Below, one piece after another: positions 8,283-16,149 of a DNA stretch of 64,000 nucleotides. Under the pieces are notes generated by a model. The model had not been told where the DNA came from. It worked only from the letters and a program-made list of their open reading frames with translations, and ran no database searches. The stretch spans positions 34,897-98,896 of the forward strand of contig JAKFCT010000091.1 of the NCBI GenBank assembly GCA_036676495.1, read 5' to 3'. Positions within the stretch are counted from its first letter, which is position 1. The number at the start of each line of letters is the position of its first letter. Position numbers and translations under genes: made by a program. The stretch is from Candidatus Sericytochromatia bacterium (GTDB lineage: Bacteria; Cyanobacteriota; Sericytochromatia; S15B-MN24; UBA4093).

Positions 8283-11024
8283 ATGAAAAACCGATTCAGG
8301 TATCGAGGTGCGACGGCGCTTCTGCTGGGGCTGTCCCTGATCGTCCCGGTGGGTTCCGCCTTCGCCGCGGAGACCGGGGAGTGGCGATCGATCGGCGTGA
8401 AGAAGCGCAGCTACTTCGTGCCGGATGGCGACATCTCGCGCCAGCGGACCGTGCTCAGCGCCTCTGAGAAGCTGGTGAGCACCGTCTCCGAGACCGAGCG
8501 CGGCCGCTGGCTGTCGTCGGGCGTGGAGAAGCTGGGGACGGCGGCGACCAAGGACGTCGCGGATCCCGCCAAGGACAAGGTTCAGATCATTCCGGGCGCC
8601 GCCGAGCCGGTGGGCAACGACTGGGTCGAGTACGAGACCGTTCGCAGGCAGAAGGCGCTTCAGCGCACCTACACTCAGCAGGAGCAGACCTACTCGCTCT
8701 ATGCCGAGCAGGCTCGCAAGAAGCACACCTACCAGGTGACGGAGAAGGTCCAGATCGTCGAGACCTGGACGGATCCCGTCTCCAAGCAGCAGCAGCGCAA
8801 CGTGGTGGACACCACCGAGACGCGCAACGATCTCCGCTATACCGGCTGGACGGAAACCGGCAACAAGCTTCGCGTAAATGCTGGCACGAGCACGCGGACC
8901 TGGGGTCCCGAATTGGTTTACACCGCGGTGCCGGATGAGCAGCGGGTCAAGCGCTCGCCGCTCACGCCTCCCGGCGGCATGTCCGCCGGCTGGTGGCTGA
9001 CCGACAACGAGACGTTCCGGTACTTCGTCGCAGGCTCGACCCCTCCGGGGGATGCGCGCCCGGCGACGGCGGCCAAGGCGGCCGAGATCAACAAGAACGC
9101 GGGGACCGCGCTGGGCGGGGCGAACTCGGACTGGGCGCTGATCGGCGCCGAGACCGTGCGCTACTTCCTGGCCGGCGCCAAGGCGCCGGAAGGCGGAGTG
9201 GCGGCCAACCCCGAGCAGCGCGCCGCCATGCTCGATCCCCTGAGCGCCGGCTGGATCATGGCGAACTCGGAGCTGATCCGGTACTTCGTGCCGGGCGCCA
9301 CCCCTCCCAAGGACGCCCAGCTCGCCTCTCCCGATCAGAAGGCGGCGATCGACGCCGGAGTGCCCAACGAGTGGTACCTCTTCAACGTCAAGAACTTCCG
9401 GGACTTCGTGGCCGGGGCCGTCCCGCCCGAGGGTTCGACCCGCTCGAACCAGCAGGCAGGATCCGATCCCATCCAGAGCGGAGACTGGGCCCTGGATCAC
9501 CTCCAGAGCTTCCGGTTCTTCGTCCCGCTGCCCGGAACCTTCGAGAACGCCATTCCGGACATCCCGCCGCAGCCGGAACCCCGGTTCGTGTACGGGCAGC
9601 CCTTCCCGGACCTCGCCCAGGAGCGGGATCCCGAGATCACCCTCAAGTCCTGGCGCGAAGGTCTGCTGATCAAGCGTGAGCAGACCAAGGTCCGGACCGC
9701 CCCCCAGTACCGGATGAAGACCGAGATCCCCCGGGGCTGGACCCAGATCACCTTCACCACCTATGAGAATCGGGCCGTTCCGATTCACACGGATGGCAAG
9801 GTCGAGATGGTGAACCTGCAGGTTCCGGTCAAGAACTACGACTGGAAGCTCGTGGAATTCGCGGCCAAGGAGCCGGTGCGTGAGCGCTACTCCGAGGATT
9901 GGCGCGAGGTTCTGGTGACCAAGCTGCCCGATCTGCGGGCCAGCGAGATCAGCTCGCTGGCGGCAGCCAGCGGCGAACGTCCCAGCTCCTTCCAGGGCGA
10001 CTCGGGCTCGGGTTCGGGCAGCAACACGGCTCTGGCAGCCGCCAAGCTGCGCAACCAGATGGGCGCCAACGCGGTGAAGGCCTCCGAGGTCGCGCTCACC
10101 GCCGCCGAGATCGAGCAGGGTCGCAAGAAGGCCGAGGAGGAGGCCCGTCAGCGGGCCGAGGAGGAGGCCAAGCAGAGGGCTGCTGAAGAAGCCGAGCGCA
10201 AGCGTCAACGCGAGGAAGAAGCTCGCAAGGATCAGGAGCGCAGGGCTGCGGAAGCTGCCGCAGAGGCTGCCGCCAGGGTCGCCGCGGAAGCCGCAGAACG
10301 GGCTGCCCAGAAGGCCGCGGAAGAGGCCGCCAGGGACGCTCTGGACAAGATCGCGGCTGCCAATGCTGCCAAGGATCAGATCCTGAAGACGGCCATTGCT
10401 CAGGCGGCCTTCGGGGACGTCGTCAAGGCGGCCGGGTACGACTTCGGATCGCGGATCGACAGCGTGCTCGACAAGCTCACTCCCTTCAACCTCGGCAACG
10501 AGGCGCAAAAGGAGATCGACAAGCGCAAGAAGGAACTTCTCAAGGACTACGACGACAAGCTCAAGGACCTCGAGAAGGACTACGACAAGAAGGCCAAGGA
10601 TATCAAGGACCTGGTGGCCCTCAACGCGTTGCAGCAGGAGTATCAGAAGAAGCTGAACGACCTCAAGAAGTCCATGGACGACAAGGTCAAGGACACTCAC
10701 AAGCTCGTCAGCGAGATGCTCGTCAAGCACGTCGACAAGGGCGGCACCATGCGGACCGGCGAGGAACCCAACGTCAACGGTAAGTCCGTCAAGGCGTTCT
10801 ACTCGCATGACACGGGACGCTGGGTCTTGCTTGCCTACAGCGATAAGGACTACAAGGGAGAAGTCACGGTGCTCGATTCCGGGAATGCCCCGCGCATGAA
10901 CGGCAAGGACACCCCGATCCTCCCCGAGTTCAACTTCAACGGAGTCAAGCTGACCTTCAAGGTGGACTACACCAGCTACTGGCCCTTCGGGTCGTCCTAC
11001 GACGCCCGCGTCGACAAGAAGTAA
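8283..11024 (+). CDS. Large secreted protein of unknown function with five W-x-L-x4-5-R-Y-F-V-x-G-x2-PP repeats and a long coiled coil
   Basis: RBS GGAGGAGG; signal peptide ending AFA; repeats at about 8980-9540; E/A/K/R-rich helical region at about 10100-10700. Confidence 0.8.
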   Translation: MKNRFRYRGATALLLGLSLIVPVGSAFAAETGEWRSIGVKKRSYFVPDGDISRQRTVLSASEKLVSTVSETERGRWLSSGVEKLGTAATKDVADPAKDKVQIIPGAAEPVGNDWVEYETVRRQKALQRTYTQQEQTYSLYAEQARKKHTYQVTEKVQIVETWTDPVSKQQQRNVVDTTETRNDLRYTGWTETGNKLRVNAGTSTRTWGPELVYTAVPDEQRVKRSPLTPPGGMSAGWWLTDNETFRYFVAGSTPPGDARPATAAKAAEINKNAGTALGGANSDWALIGAETVRYFLAGAKAPEGGVAANPEQRAAMLDPLSAGWIMANSELIRYFVPGATPPKDAQLASPDQKAAIDAGVPNEWYLFNVKNFRDFVAGAVPPEGSTRSNQQAGSDPIQSGDWALDHLQSFRFFVPLPGTFENAIPDIPPQPEPRFVYGQPFPDLAQERDPEITLKSWREGLLIKREQTKVRTAPQYRMKTEIPRGWTQITFTTYENRAVPIHTDGKVEMVNLQVPVKNYDWKLVEFAAKEPVRERYSEDWREVLVTKLPDLRASEISSLAAASGERPSSFQGDSGSGSGSNTALAAAKLRNQMGANAVKASEVALTAAEIEQGRKKAEEEARQRAEEEAKQRAAEEAERKRQREEEARKDQERRAAEAAAEAAARVAAEAAERAAQKAAEEAARDALDKIAAANAAKDQILKTAIAQAAFGDVVKAAGYDFGSRIDSVLDKLTPFNLGNEAQKEIDKRKKELLKDYDDKLKDLEKDYDKKAKDIKDLVALNALQQEYQKKLNDLKKSMDDKVKDTHKLVSEMLVKHVDKGGTMRTGEEPNVNGKSVKAFYSHDTGRWVLLAYSDKDYKGEVTVLDSGNAPRMNGKDTPILPEFNFNGVKLTFKVDYTSYWPFGSSYDARVDKK

Positions 11025-11033
11025 CCCAAATCC

Positions 11034-11069
11034 AAGGCCCCCGGGGAAACTCCCCGGGGGCCTTCTTTC
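11034..11069 (+). terminator. Rho-independent terminator
   Basis: AAGGCCCCCGGGGA-AAC-TCCCCGGGGGCCTT followed by CTTTC, just after the stop at 11024. Confidence 0.8.
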
Positions 11070-11103
11070 GTTCTCCCCCCGGCGGGGGTGCTATGCTGGG
11101 AGC

Positions 11104-11394
11104 ATGTTCGATCCCTATCCCGACCTGGTCCAGACCCATACCCTCACCCTGCCGACGGGAGAGGGCCTGACCTTCGATCAGACCCTCTGGGGCAAGGTGA
11201 TCGCCATCCGCACGTTGCATGTGGGCGGAGGGCGCTACCACCTCGAGGACACCATGGCCACGGCCCGGCTGCGCCAGCTCCTGGAAGCGACGACCGTGGA
11301 GGGTGTCTGGGCGTTCGCGCCGGAAGACGCGCGCTTCGCCGAGATGGCGCGCGAGATCGCGGATCTGCTTTCGCTGTTGTTCGGGGTTAGTTGA
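11104..11394 (+). CDS. Hypothetical protein (96 aa)
   Basis: ATG start, typical codon usage, convergent with the next gene; no motif recognised. Confidence 0.6.
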   Translation: MFDPYPDLVQTHTLTLPTGEGLTFDQTLWGKVIAIRTLHVGGGRYHLEDTMATARLRQLLEATTVEGVWAFAPEDARFAEMAREIADLLSLLFGVS

Positions 11395-11785
11395 TGCGCC
11401 GGAGCATCCGCCAGAGCTCGTCGTAGCCCTCGCGGAAGCGCTTCTGCTCCTCGAGGATCCGCGCGATCTGGCGCTGGGTGCAGCTGCCGAGCTGGATCAG
11501 GATCTCTCCGAGCTTTTCGCCCGATTGCTCCTGGCGCAGCAGGGCCTGATCCAGCTCCTCGCGGGTGATGAATTCCCGCATCAGCAACAACTGGCCGATC
11601 CGGATATCCTGGTGGACCTCCACCAGGATCGCGTCGAGCTGGCCGAAATTCAGGTAGCCCAGCGAGAACAGGATCTCGCCGACCCGCAGCTGAGGCTGCT
11701 GCTCCTGGACGCTCAGGGCCTCGCGGAGCTGATCGCGGGTGATGAGCCCGCGGGAGATGAGGGTCTGTCCGAGTTGATGATCCAT
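11387..11785 (-). CDS. Stand-alone MshEN-repeat protein (putative c-di-GMP receptor)
   Basis: Four MshEN-like motifs: QLGQTLISRGLITRDQLREALSVQ, RVGEILFSLGYL, RIGQLLLMREFITREELDQALLRQ, KLGEILIQLGSCTQRQIARILEEQ. RBS AAGGAAAG. Confidence 0.8.
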   Translation of the reverse strand: MDHQLGQTLISRGLITRDQLREALSVQEQQPQLRVGEILFSLGYLNFGQLDAILVEVHQDIRIGQLLLMREFITREELDQALLRQEQSGEKLGEILIQLGSCTQRQIARILEEQKRFREGYDELWRMLRRIN

Positions 11786-11800
11786 GGCGGCCGTTCTTTC

Positions 11801-11843
11801 CTTCTTTGGAGCCGCGGGCGCTTCTCTGGAGCCGTGGGCGCTT
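11801..11843 (+). repeat. Tandem 20-bp intergenic repeat (2 copies) containing AGCCGYGGGCGCT
   Basis: CTTCTTTGGAGCCGCGGGCG / CTTCTCTGGAGCCGTGGGCG. Confidence 0.8.
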
Positions 11844-11855
11844 AGCGCTGCGGGG

Positions 11856-12638
11856 CTACTGCAGGGCGGCCCGGTTGGGCCGTGGGAACGTCTTCTTGCC
11901 GTCGGTCCGGTGCAGGTAGTCGAATTGCACGTCGTTGTGGGAGAGCTTGCGGATGTAGAGCTTGGCGTACGTGATGCGGTGCTCGACCCGGGGCTTCGAC
12001 GGCTTGGGGGACGCTTCGGTCTCCGCGGCCTCGGCGACGGCTTCGGAGCCGGTGGCCTCGGGCTCGGTCACGGTGATGGTGGAGTCGAGCTTGATCCCGA
12101 TGGTGTCTCCCGCTTCGAGCGCCCAGGCGGCCGAGAGCTCCCCTTCGAACGGCGTCTTGAAGGCATGGTCGGGGATCTGCTCGAGGGCGTCGAAGTCCCC
12201 GCCCCGCAGGTGGGCGAAGCGGATCACATGGGCCTCCGAGTTGGTGGCGACCATGGCATGGCCCGGGTGCAGGGGATCGTTCGGTGGGTTGAACTTGAAG
12301 CGGAAGTGGCCGCGATACTCCTCGACGTCCTCGTTGGTGATCTCGACCCCGTTGAGCAGATCGAGAGGGCGGGTCTGCCAGTAGCCCTCGCCGAGCTCGT
12401 AGTACTTCATGACGTAGCCTTCCAGCCAGTCGAAGCCCGGCGGATACAGGGTCGGCTTCGGAGTCGCCTTGGGGGGATCCGGCACGAAGGGGATCCGGAA
12501 GGCCACGCCCTGCATCGCGGGTTTCGCCGCGGCGGCGTTCTCCAGCACGGTGGTGAGTGAAGTTCGGTTGCGGGCGTCTGCCAGGAAGAGTCCGACGGTC
12601 AAGCCGGCGATGAGGCCCGCGATGGCGAGGTTACGCAT
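11856..12638 (-). CDS. Hypothetical exported or membrane-anchored protein
   Basis: N-terminal hydrophobic segment (LAIAGLIAGLTVGLFLA); typical codon usage. Confidence 0.7.
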   Translation of the reverse strand: MRNLAIAGLIAGLTVGLFLADARNRTSLTTVLENAAAAKPAMQGVAFRIPFVPDPPKATPKPTLYPPGFDWLEGYVMKYYELGEGYWQTRPLDLLNGVEITNEDVEEYRGHFRFKFNPPNDPLHPGHAMVATNSEAHVIRFAHLRGGDFDALEQIPDHAFKTPFEGELSAAWALEAGDTIGIKLDSTITVTEPEATGSEAVAEAAETEASPKPSKPRVEHRITYAKLYIRKLSHNDVQFDYLHRTDGKKTFPRPNRAALQ

Positions 12639-12698
12639 ATCTCATGCTTACCCCCGCTTCCCGATGCTGTAACGGTGCGGGCCGGCGGGGCTTGGGGA

Positions 12699-13877
12699 CT
12701 AAACGCCCATGAGGATGCGCAGCAGGTGATCCCAGCGACCGGGGTTAGGCTGCGGGGGTTCGGTGGTCGCGGGGGGCTGGGTGGCCGCGGGAGGCTGTGC
12801 CGGAGTGGCCGCAGGGGGCTGCGCCGGAGCCTGGGGCTTGGGTTCGGGCTTGGGCTCGGGCTTGGAAGCCGGGGCCTCGGGGGCCTTGGGGGTCGCCACG
12901 TGATCGGGCATCCAGGTGTAGCGGCGGGCGGCGAAGAGGCCGTTGCCCTCTCCCAGCCATTTCTCGTACTCCTCGGTCCCGGGCTTGAGTTCGAGCTGCT
13001 GGATGGGAAGGAAGTCGAGGTTCTCCCAGGTCAGGGGCTGATTGGGGCGCAGGTTGTTGTAGGTGCCGTAGGCAAGCTTCACCGTACCGTCCTCGGCGAC
13101 GTCGATCACGTTGACGGTGTGGTTCACGACGCCGTTGCCGTCCCAGTCGTAGAAGAGGATGTCTCCGGCGCGCAGGTCGCCGACGTCGACCTTGCCGGTG
13201 GCGGGGTCGTAGCCCTGGATGCCGTCGCCGTCGGCGTCGTTGATCCGCCGGGTGTAGCCCTTGGCGAGGTTGTCGGCGTGGATGCCGGCGAGGTGGTAGG
13301 TGGGGCCGTTGACGTTGGGGAGGCCGCCGGATTTGCCGGGGGCGTACTGGTGCCAGGTGCCCTTGCCCTCCAGGGGGTTGGGGATGCCCTTGGCCTCGCA
13401 GAAGTCCTTGAGGAGCTTGACGGCGAAGTCGGCGCAGTCGATCTCGATGCCGGCCTTGCGCAGGGCCTGGGTGCGGGTGTCGACGAAGTCGGCGAACTCG
13501 GCGGCGGCGGCCTGGTTCCAGCGGCGATCGCCGGCCTCGCGCGGAGCCGCGTCGTAGCGGTCGATCACGCCGTCGCGATCCGTGTCCTGCTTCCCGTTCG
13601 CGGGGGTGGGGCTCGGAGCCGGCTGCGGAGCCGGGGTCGGCTGCGGCGCGGGAGTCGGGGCGCCTCCGGGGATCTTCAGGGTCATGCCGACCCGGATCTT
13701 GCCGGGGTCGGGACCGATCAGATCGCGGTTGAGGGCGTAAATCTCGTTCCAGCGGCTGGAGTTGCCCAGGACCTTGCCGGCGATCGCGCTGAGGCTGTCC
13801 CCGCTCTTCACCGTGTAGGTGGCGGGAGGACGCCCTTGGGGCTGACGGCTGGCGGAACCTTGAATTGCGGTCGGCAT
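12699..13877 (-). CDS. LysM-domain protein with papain-like Cys/His amidase domain (NlpC/P60/CHAP or Amidase_6-like)
   Basis: LysM YTVKSGDSLSAIA...WNEIYALN...IRVGMTLKIP; IDCADF and GDILFYDWDGNGVVNHT; Pro-rich linkers; DxDxDG motifs; RBS GGAGG before ATG 13877; no signal peptide. Confidence 0.75.
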   Translation of the reverse strand: MPTAIQGSASRQPQGRPPATYTVKSGDSLSAIAGKVLGNSSRWNEIYALNRDLIGPDPGKIRVGMTLKIPGGAPTPAPQPTPAPQPAPSPTPANGKQDTDRDGVIDRYDAAPREAGDRRWNQAAAAEFADFVDTRTQALRKAGIEIDCADFAVKLLKDFCEAKGIPNPLEGKGTWHQYAPGKSGGLPNVNGPTYHLAGIHADNLAKGYTRRINDADGDGIQGYDPATGKVDVGDLRAGDILFYDWDGNGVVNHTVNVIDVAEDGTVKLAYGTYNNLRPNQPLTWENLDFLPIQQLELKPGTEEYEKWLGEGNGLFAARRYTWMPDHVATPKAPEAPASKPEPKPEPKPQAPAQPPAATPAQPPAATQPPATTEPPQPNPGRWDHLLRILMGV

Positions 13878-13921
13878 GGTGCTTCCTCCCAAGAGGGGGC
13901 TACGGCGCTGGATACACATGA

Positions 13922-13980
13922 CTTATCGGCACGTCGGAGCGGAAATCGGTTAGCCAGGCATTAAGCTTGCTCTAAGCTTG
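13922..13980 (-). promoter_or_regulatory. Sigma28-like -10 box (GCCGATAAG) with upstream 11-bp-period direct repeats CAAGCTTA
   Basis: Minus strand CAAGCTTAG-AG-CAAGCTTAA-N30-GCCGATAAG, 45 nt before ATG 13877; same spacing recurs at 41851-41909. Confidence 0.6.
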
Positions 13981-14031
13981 GCTGGGTTTGCCCGCCCGGC
14001 CTTGGCGGTCTATCATGGGGGGAGAGTCCCC

Positions 14032-15174
14032 ATGCCTGCGAGGGAGCGTTTCTTGCCCGATTCCATCGACTCTCGTCATCCGCGCCCGGTGAAGCGCTCC
14101 GAAGGAGCGACCTACTCGAAGCCGGCTCCCCGGAGAAGCCCCGCGGCGATCGAGGTGGGAGAGCTTTTCAAGCGACTTCCCGCGCTGGCCCCCAAGGAGC
14201 TGGGCGTCCCCCGCGAGGCGCTCTGGATCGCGGCGGCGCTGGCGTTGGGCTTCGCGCTCTACGTCGTCGGGGTGAAGTGGAGCTACTCCCGGACGCTGGG
14301 GGGCTTCGAGGGATACGCCTTGCCGCGGCATGCGATCGCCTACGGTCCGGAAGCCCGGGAGGTGACGCTGACGGCGAGCGATCGCACGCGGCTGAAGGCG
14401 ACCTACCTGGGACGCGAGAAGGGCGATCGCCCTGCCGGCAAGGCCATCTTGATCATTCCCGGCTGGCTCTCCACCCGCGCGAGTTTCAGCACGGCGACGC
14501 TCGCGCTTTGGTTCCACCCCGAGTACGACGTGCTGGTGCTCGATCCGCGGGGCCAGGGGGAGTCCGGCGGAGCCCAGCATCCGAACGGCAGCGCGCGCTT
14601 CGACATCCTCGCCGGCGTCTCCTTCCTGAAGGCCCAGGGCAACGAGGCCGTGGGAGTGCTGGCCGAGCGCGAGGGGGCTTATGCCGCCGTTCTCGCTGCT
14701 GGAGAAGGGGCGACCCAGGGCGCGCGCCTCGTCGACAGCCTCTTCCTGGCTGCTCCCGTCGCTCAGTGGGGCGAGCCGTCCCTGGGGGGGGGCTTCTGGC
14801 GAGATCCCACCAATCCTCTGGGGCGCCTCACCTGGCGCCTCTCCGCGGGCGTCCGCCTCAAGGGGGGCACGGCGCAGCCCCTGGCCGAGGTCCTGCCCCG
14901 GCTGGCGGGGACTCCCGTCATGCTCAGCGGCCCCCAGGAAGATCCGGAGGGCATCGTGAGGCAGCTTCACCTGCTGACCCCCGAGCCGCGGAGCTTGCGG
15001 CTTTTCTCCGGCTCCGGCCAGCCCGTCCCCTGGAAGGCCTATCACCGTTACTACGAGACCGCCCGCCAGTTCTTCGGCATGACCCTTCGTGCCGCGCCGC
15101 AAGCGGCGGCCCCGACCGCGGAGGGGGGACTTCCCCGGGAACTGCTTCAGACGCTCGGGAATCCAGCTGAGTGA
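14032..15174 (+). CDS. Membrane-anchored alpha/beta-hydrolase-fold protein with degenerate nucleophile motif
   Basis: TM helix, then VTLTASDRTRLKATY, AILIIPGW, YDVLVLDPRGQGESGG, DILAGVSFL; nucleophile elbow reads LAEREG rather than GxSxG. Confidence 0.7.
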   Translation: MPARERFLPDSIDSRHPRPVKRSEGATYSKPAPRRSPAAIEVGELFKRLPALAPKELGVPREALWIAAALALGFALYVVGVKWSYSRTLGGFEGYALPRHAIAYGPEAREVTLTASDRTRLKATYLGREKGDRPAGKAILIIPGWLSTRASFSTATLALWFHPEYDVLVLDPRGQGESGGAQHPNGSARFDILAGVSFLKAQGNEAVGVLAEREGAYAAVLAAGEGATQGARLVDSLFLAAPVAQWGEPSLGGGFWRDPTNPLGRLTWRLSAGVRLKGGTAQPLAEVLPRLAGTPVMLSGPQEDPEGIVRQLHLLTPEPRSLRLFSGSGQPVPWKAYHRYYETARQFFGMTLRAAPQAAAPTAEGGLPRELLQTLGNPAE

Positions 15175-15567
15175 CGTTACTGGCGGGTTCTGCTTGCCAA
15201 GAGTATGAATCCGCGATCGTCGTTGATTCCCGCGACCGAGGAGCGCCCGTCCTAGACTAGGCTTCGCCGCATGGCGGGTCTCAAAGCTTTTTTCCGGTTA
15301 ATCCGTTACCTCACCAAACCAGCACTTTTGACAGAAGCGATTTTCCGGGGGAAAGCAGCCATCAACGGTCGCTATCCCCATGTTGCCATGCTTGTGCAGG
15401 TTGGTTGTAATTATTGGGCTCAATGTCGGCTTTTTTGGATATTGCTGTTGTGTATTTTAGGTATCTGTGCTTTATTTGGGTAGATACTATTTCACGGAAT
15501 AGTGTCATACGATGTCCGGACATTGCAGCAAGACAACTAGCAACTGACATTGAAAAAGGAGAACCCA

Positions 15568-16074
15568 ATGGCGTTAGTGAATGTCCGCATGGCATTGCTT
15601 GCAGCTTCGGTACTGTCCTTGTCCGCGTGTGCGCTGCCCGGTCCCATGGCCCAGGGGGAGCATCCTGAGCGGCCGGCCGTCGTTGCGCCCGCTTCGCTCG
15701 GCACATCGCAATTCAGCGTGGCTTCGGTCCCGACGTATAGCATCGTGAACTCCAGCCCCGGACGAGTCACGATCAGCTGGTCCAACGTCGACGTGAGCCA
15801 GTCCATCTGGGGAACATCGAAACCGACGCATATCGCGTTTCGCATGAAATCGGCCCCGTCGGGCGCCTATTTCTACAGCTCGCCGACCCTCGTGCCCCTC
15901 TCGCAGACCACGGTCGTCAACGGGAAGAGCAGTGGCTCCATTCAGTACCCGTATATCCTGAACAAGACCGGCGGCTACACTTTCGTGAGCACGGTGGCCG
16001 TCCAGATCAGCGATGGCTCGTGGTGGCACGCGAACCAGTCGTCCGATATCATCGTGAACGTCACCAGCATCTAG
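15568..16074 (+). CDS. Putative lipoprotein, beta-rich, Ser/Thr-rich
   Basis: RBS AAGGAG, ATG 15568, lipobox LSAC; preceded by an AT-rich region. Confidence 0.7.
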   Translation: MALVNVRMALLAASVLSLSACALPGPMAQGEHPERPAVVAPASLGTSQFSVASVPTYSIVNSSPGRVTISWSNVDVSQSIWGTSKPTHIAFRMKSAPSGAYFYSSPTLVPLSQTTVVNGKSSGSIQYPYILNKTGGYTFVSTVAVQISDGSWWHANQSSDIIVNVTSI

Positions 16075-16136
16075 GCTCCTAAATGCTTTCGCCCGCTCGG
16101 CTTCGAAGCTGAGCGGGCGAAGTCATTTAGGAGCCT
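16073..16136. terminator. 64-bp near-perfect palindrome between convergent genes (bidirectional terminator or small repeat element)
   Basis: AGGCTCCTAAATG-C-TTTCGCCCGCTCGGCT-TCGA-AGCTGAGCGGGCGAAG-T-CATTTAGGAGCCT. Confidence 0.7.
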
Positions 16137-16149
16137 GACTCCGTTGACG

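Noticed and set aside
6963-10808. 1281-aa minus-strand ORF (and similar long antisense ORFs such as 5064-6788, 16144-17835, 27864-30059, 58960-60780)
   Set aside because: Shadow ORFs of strongly codon-biased, high-GC genes on the opposite strand; no motifs or RBS.
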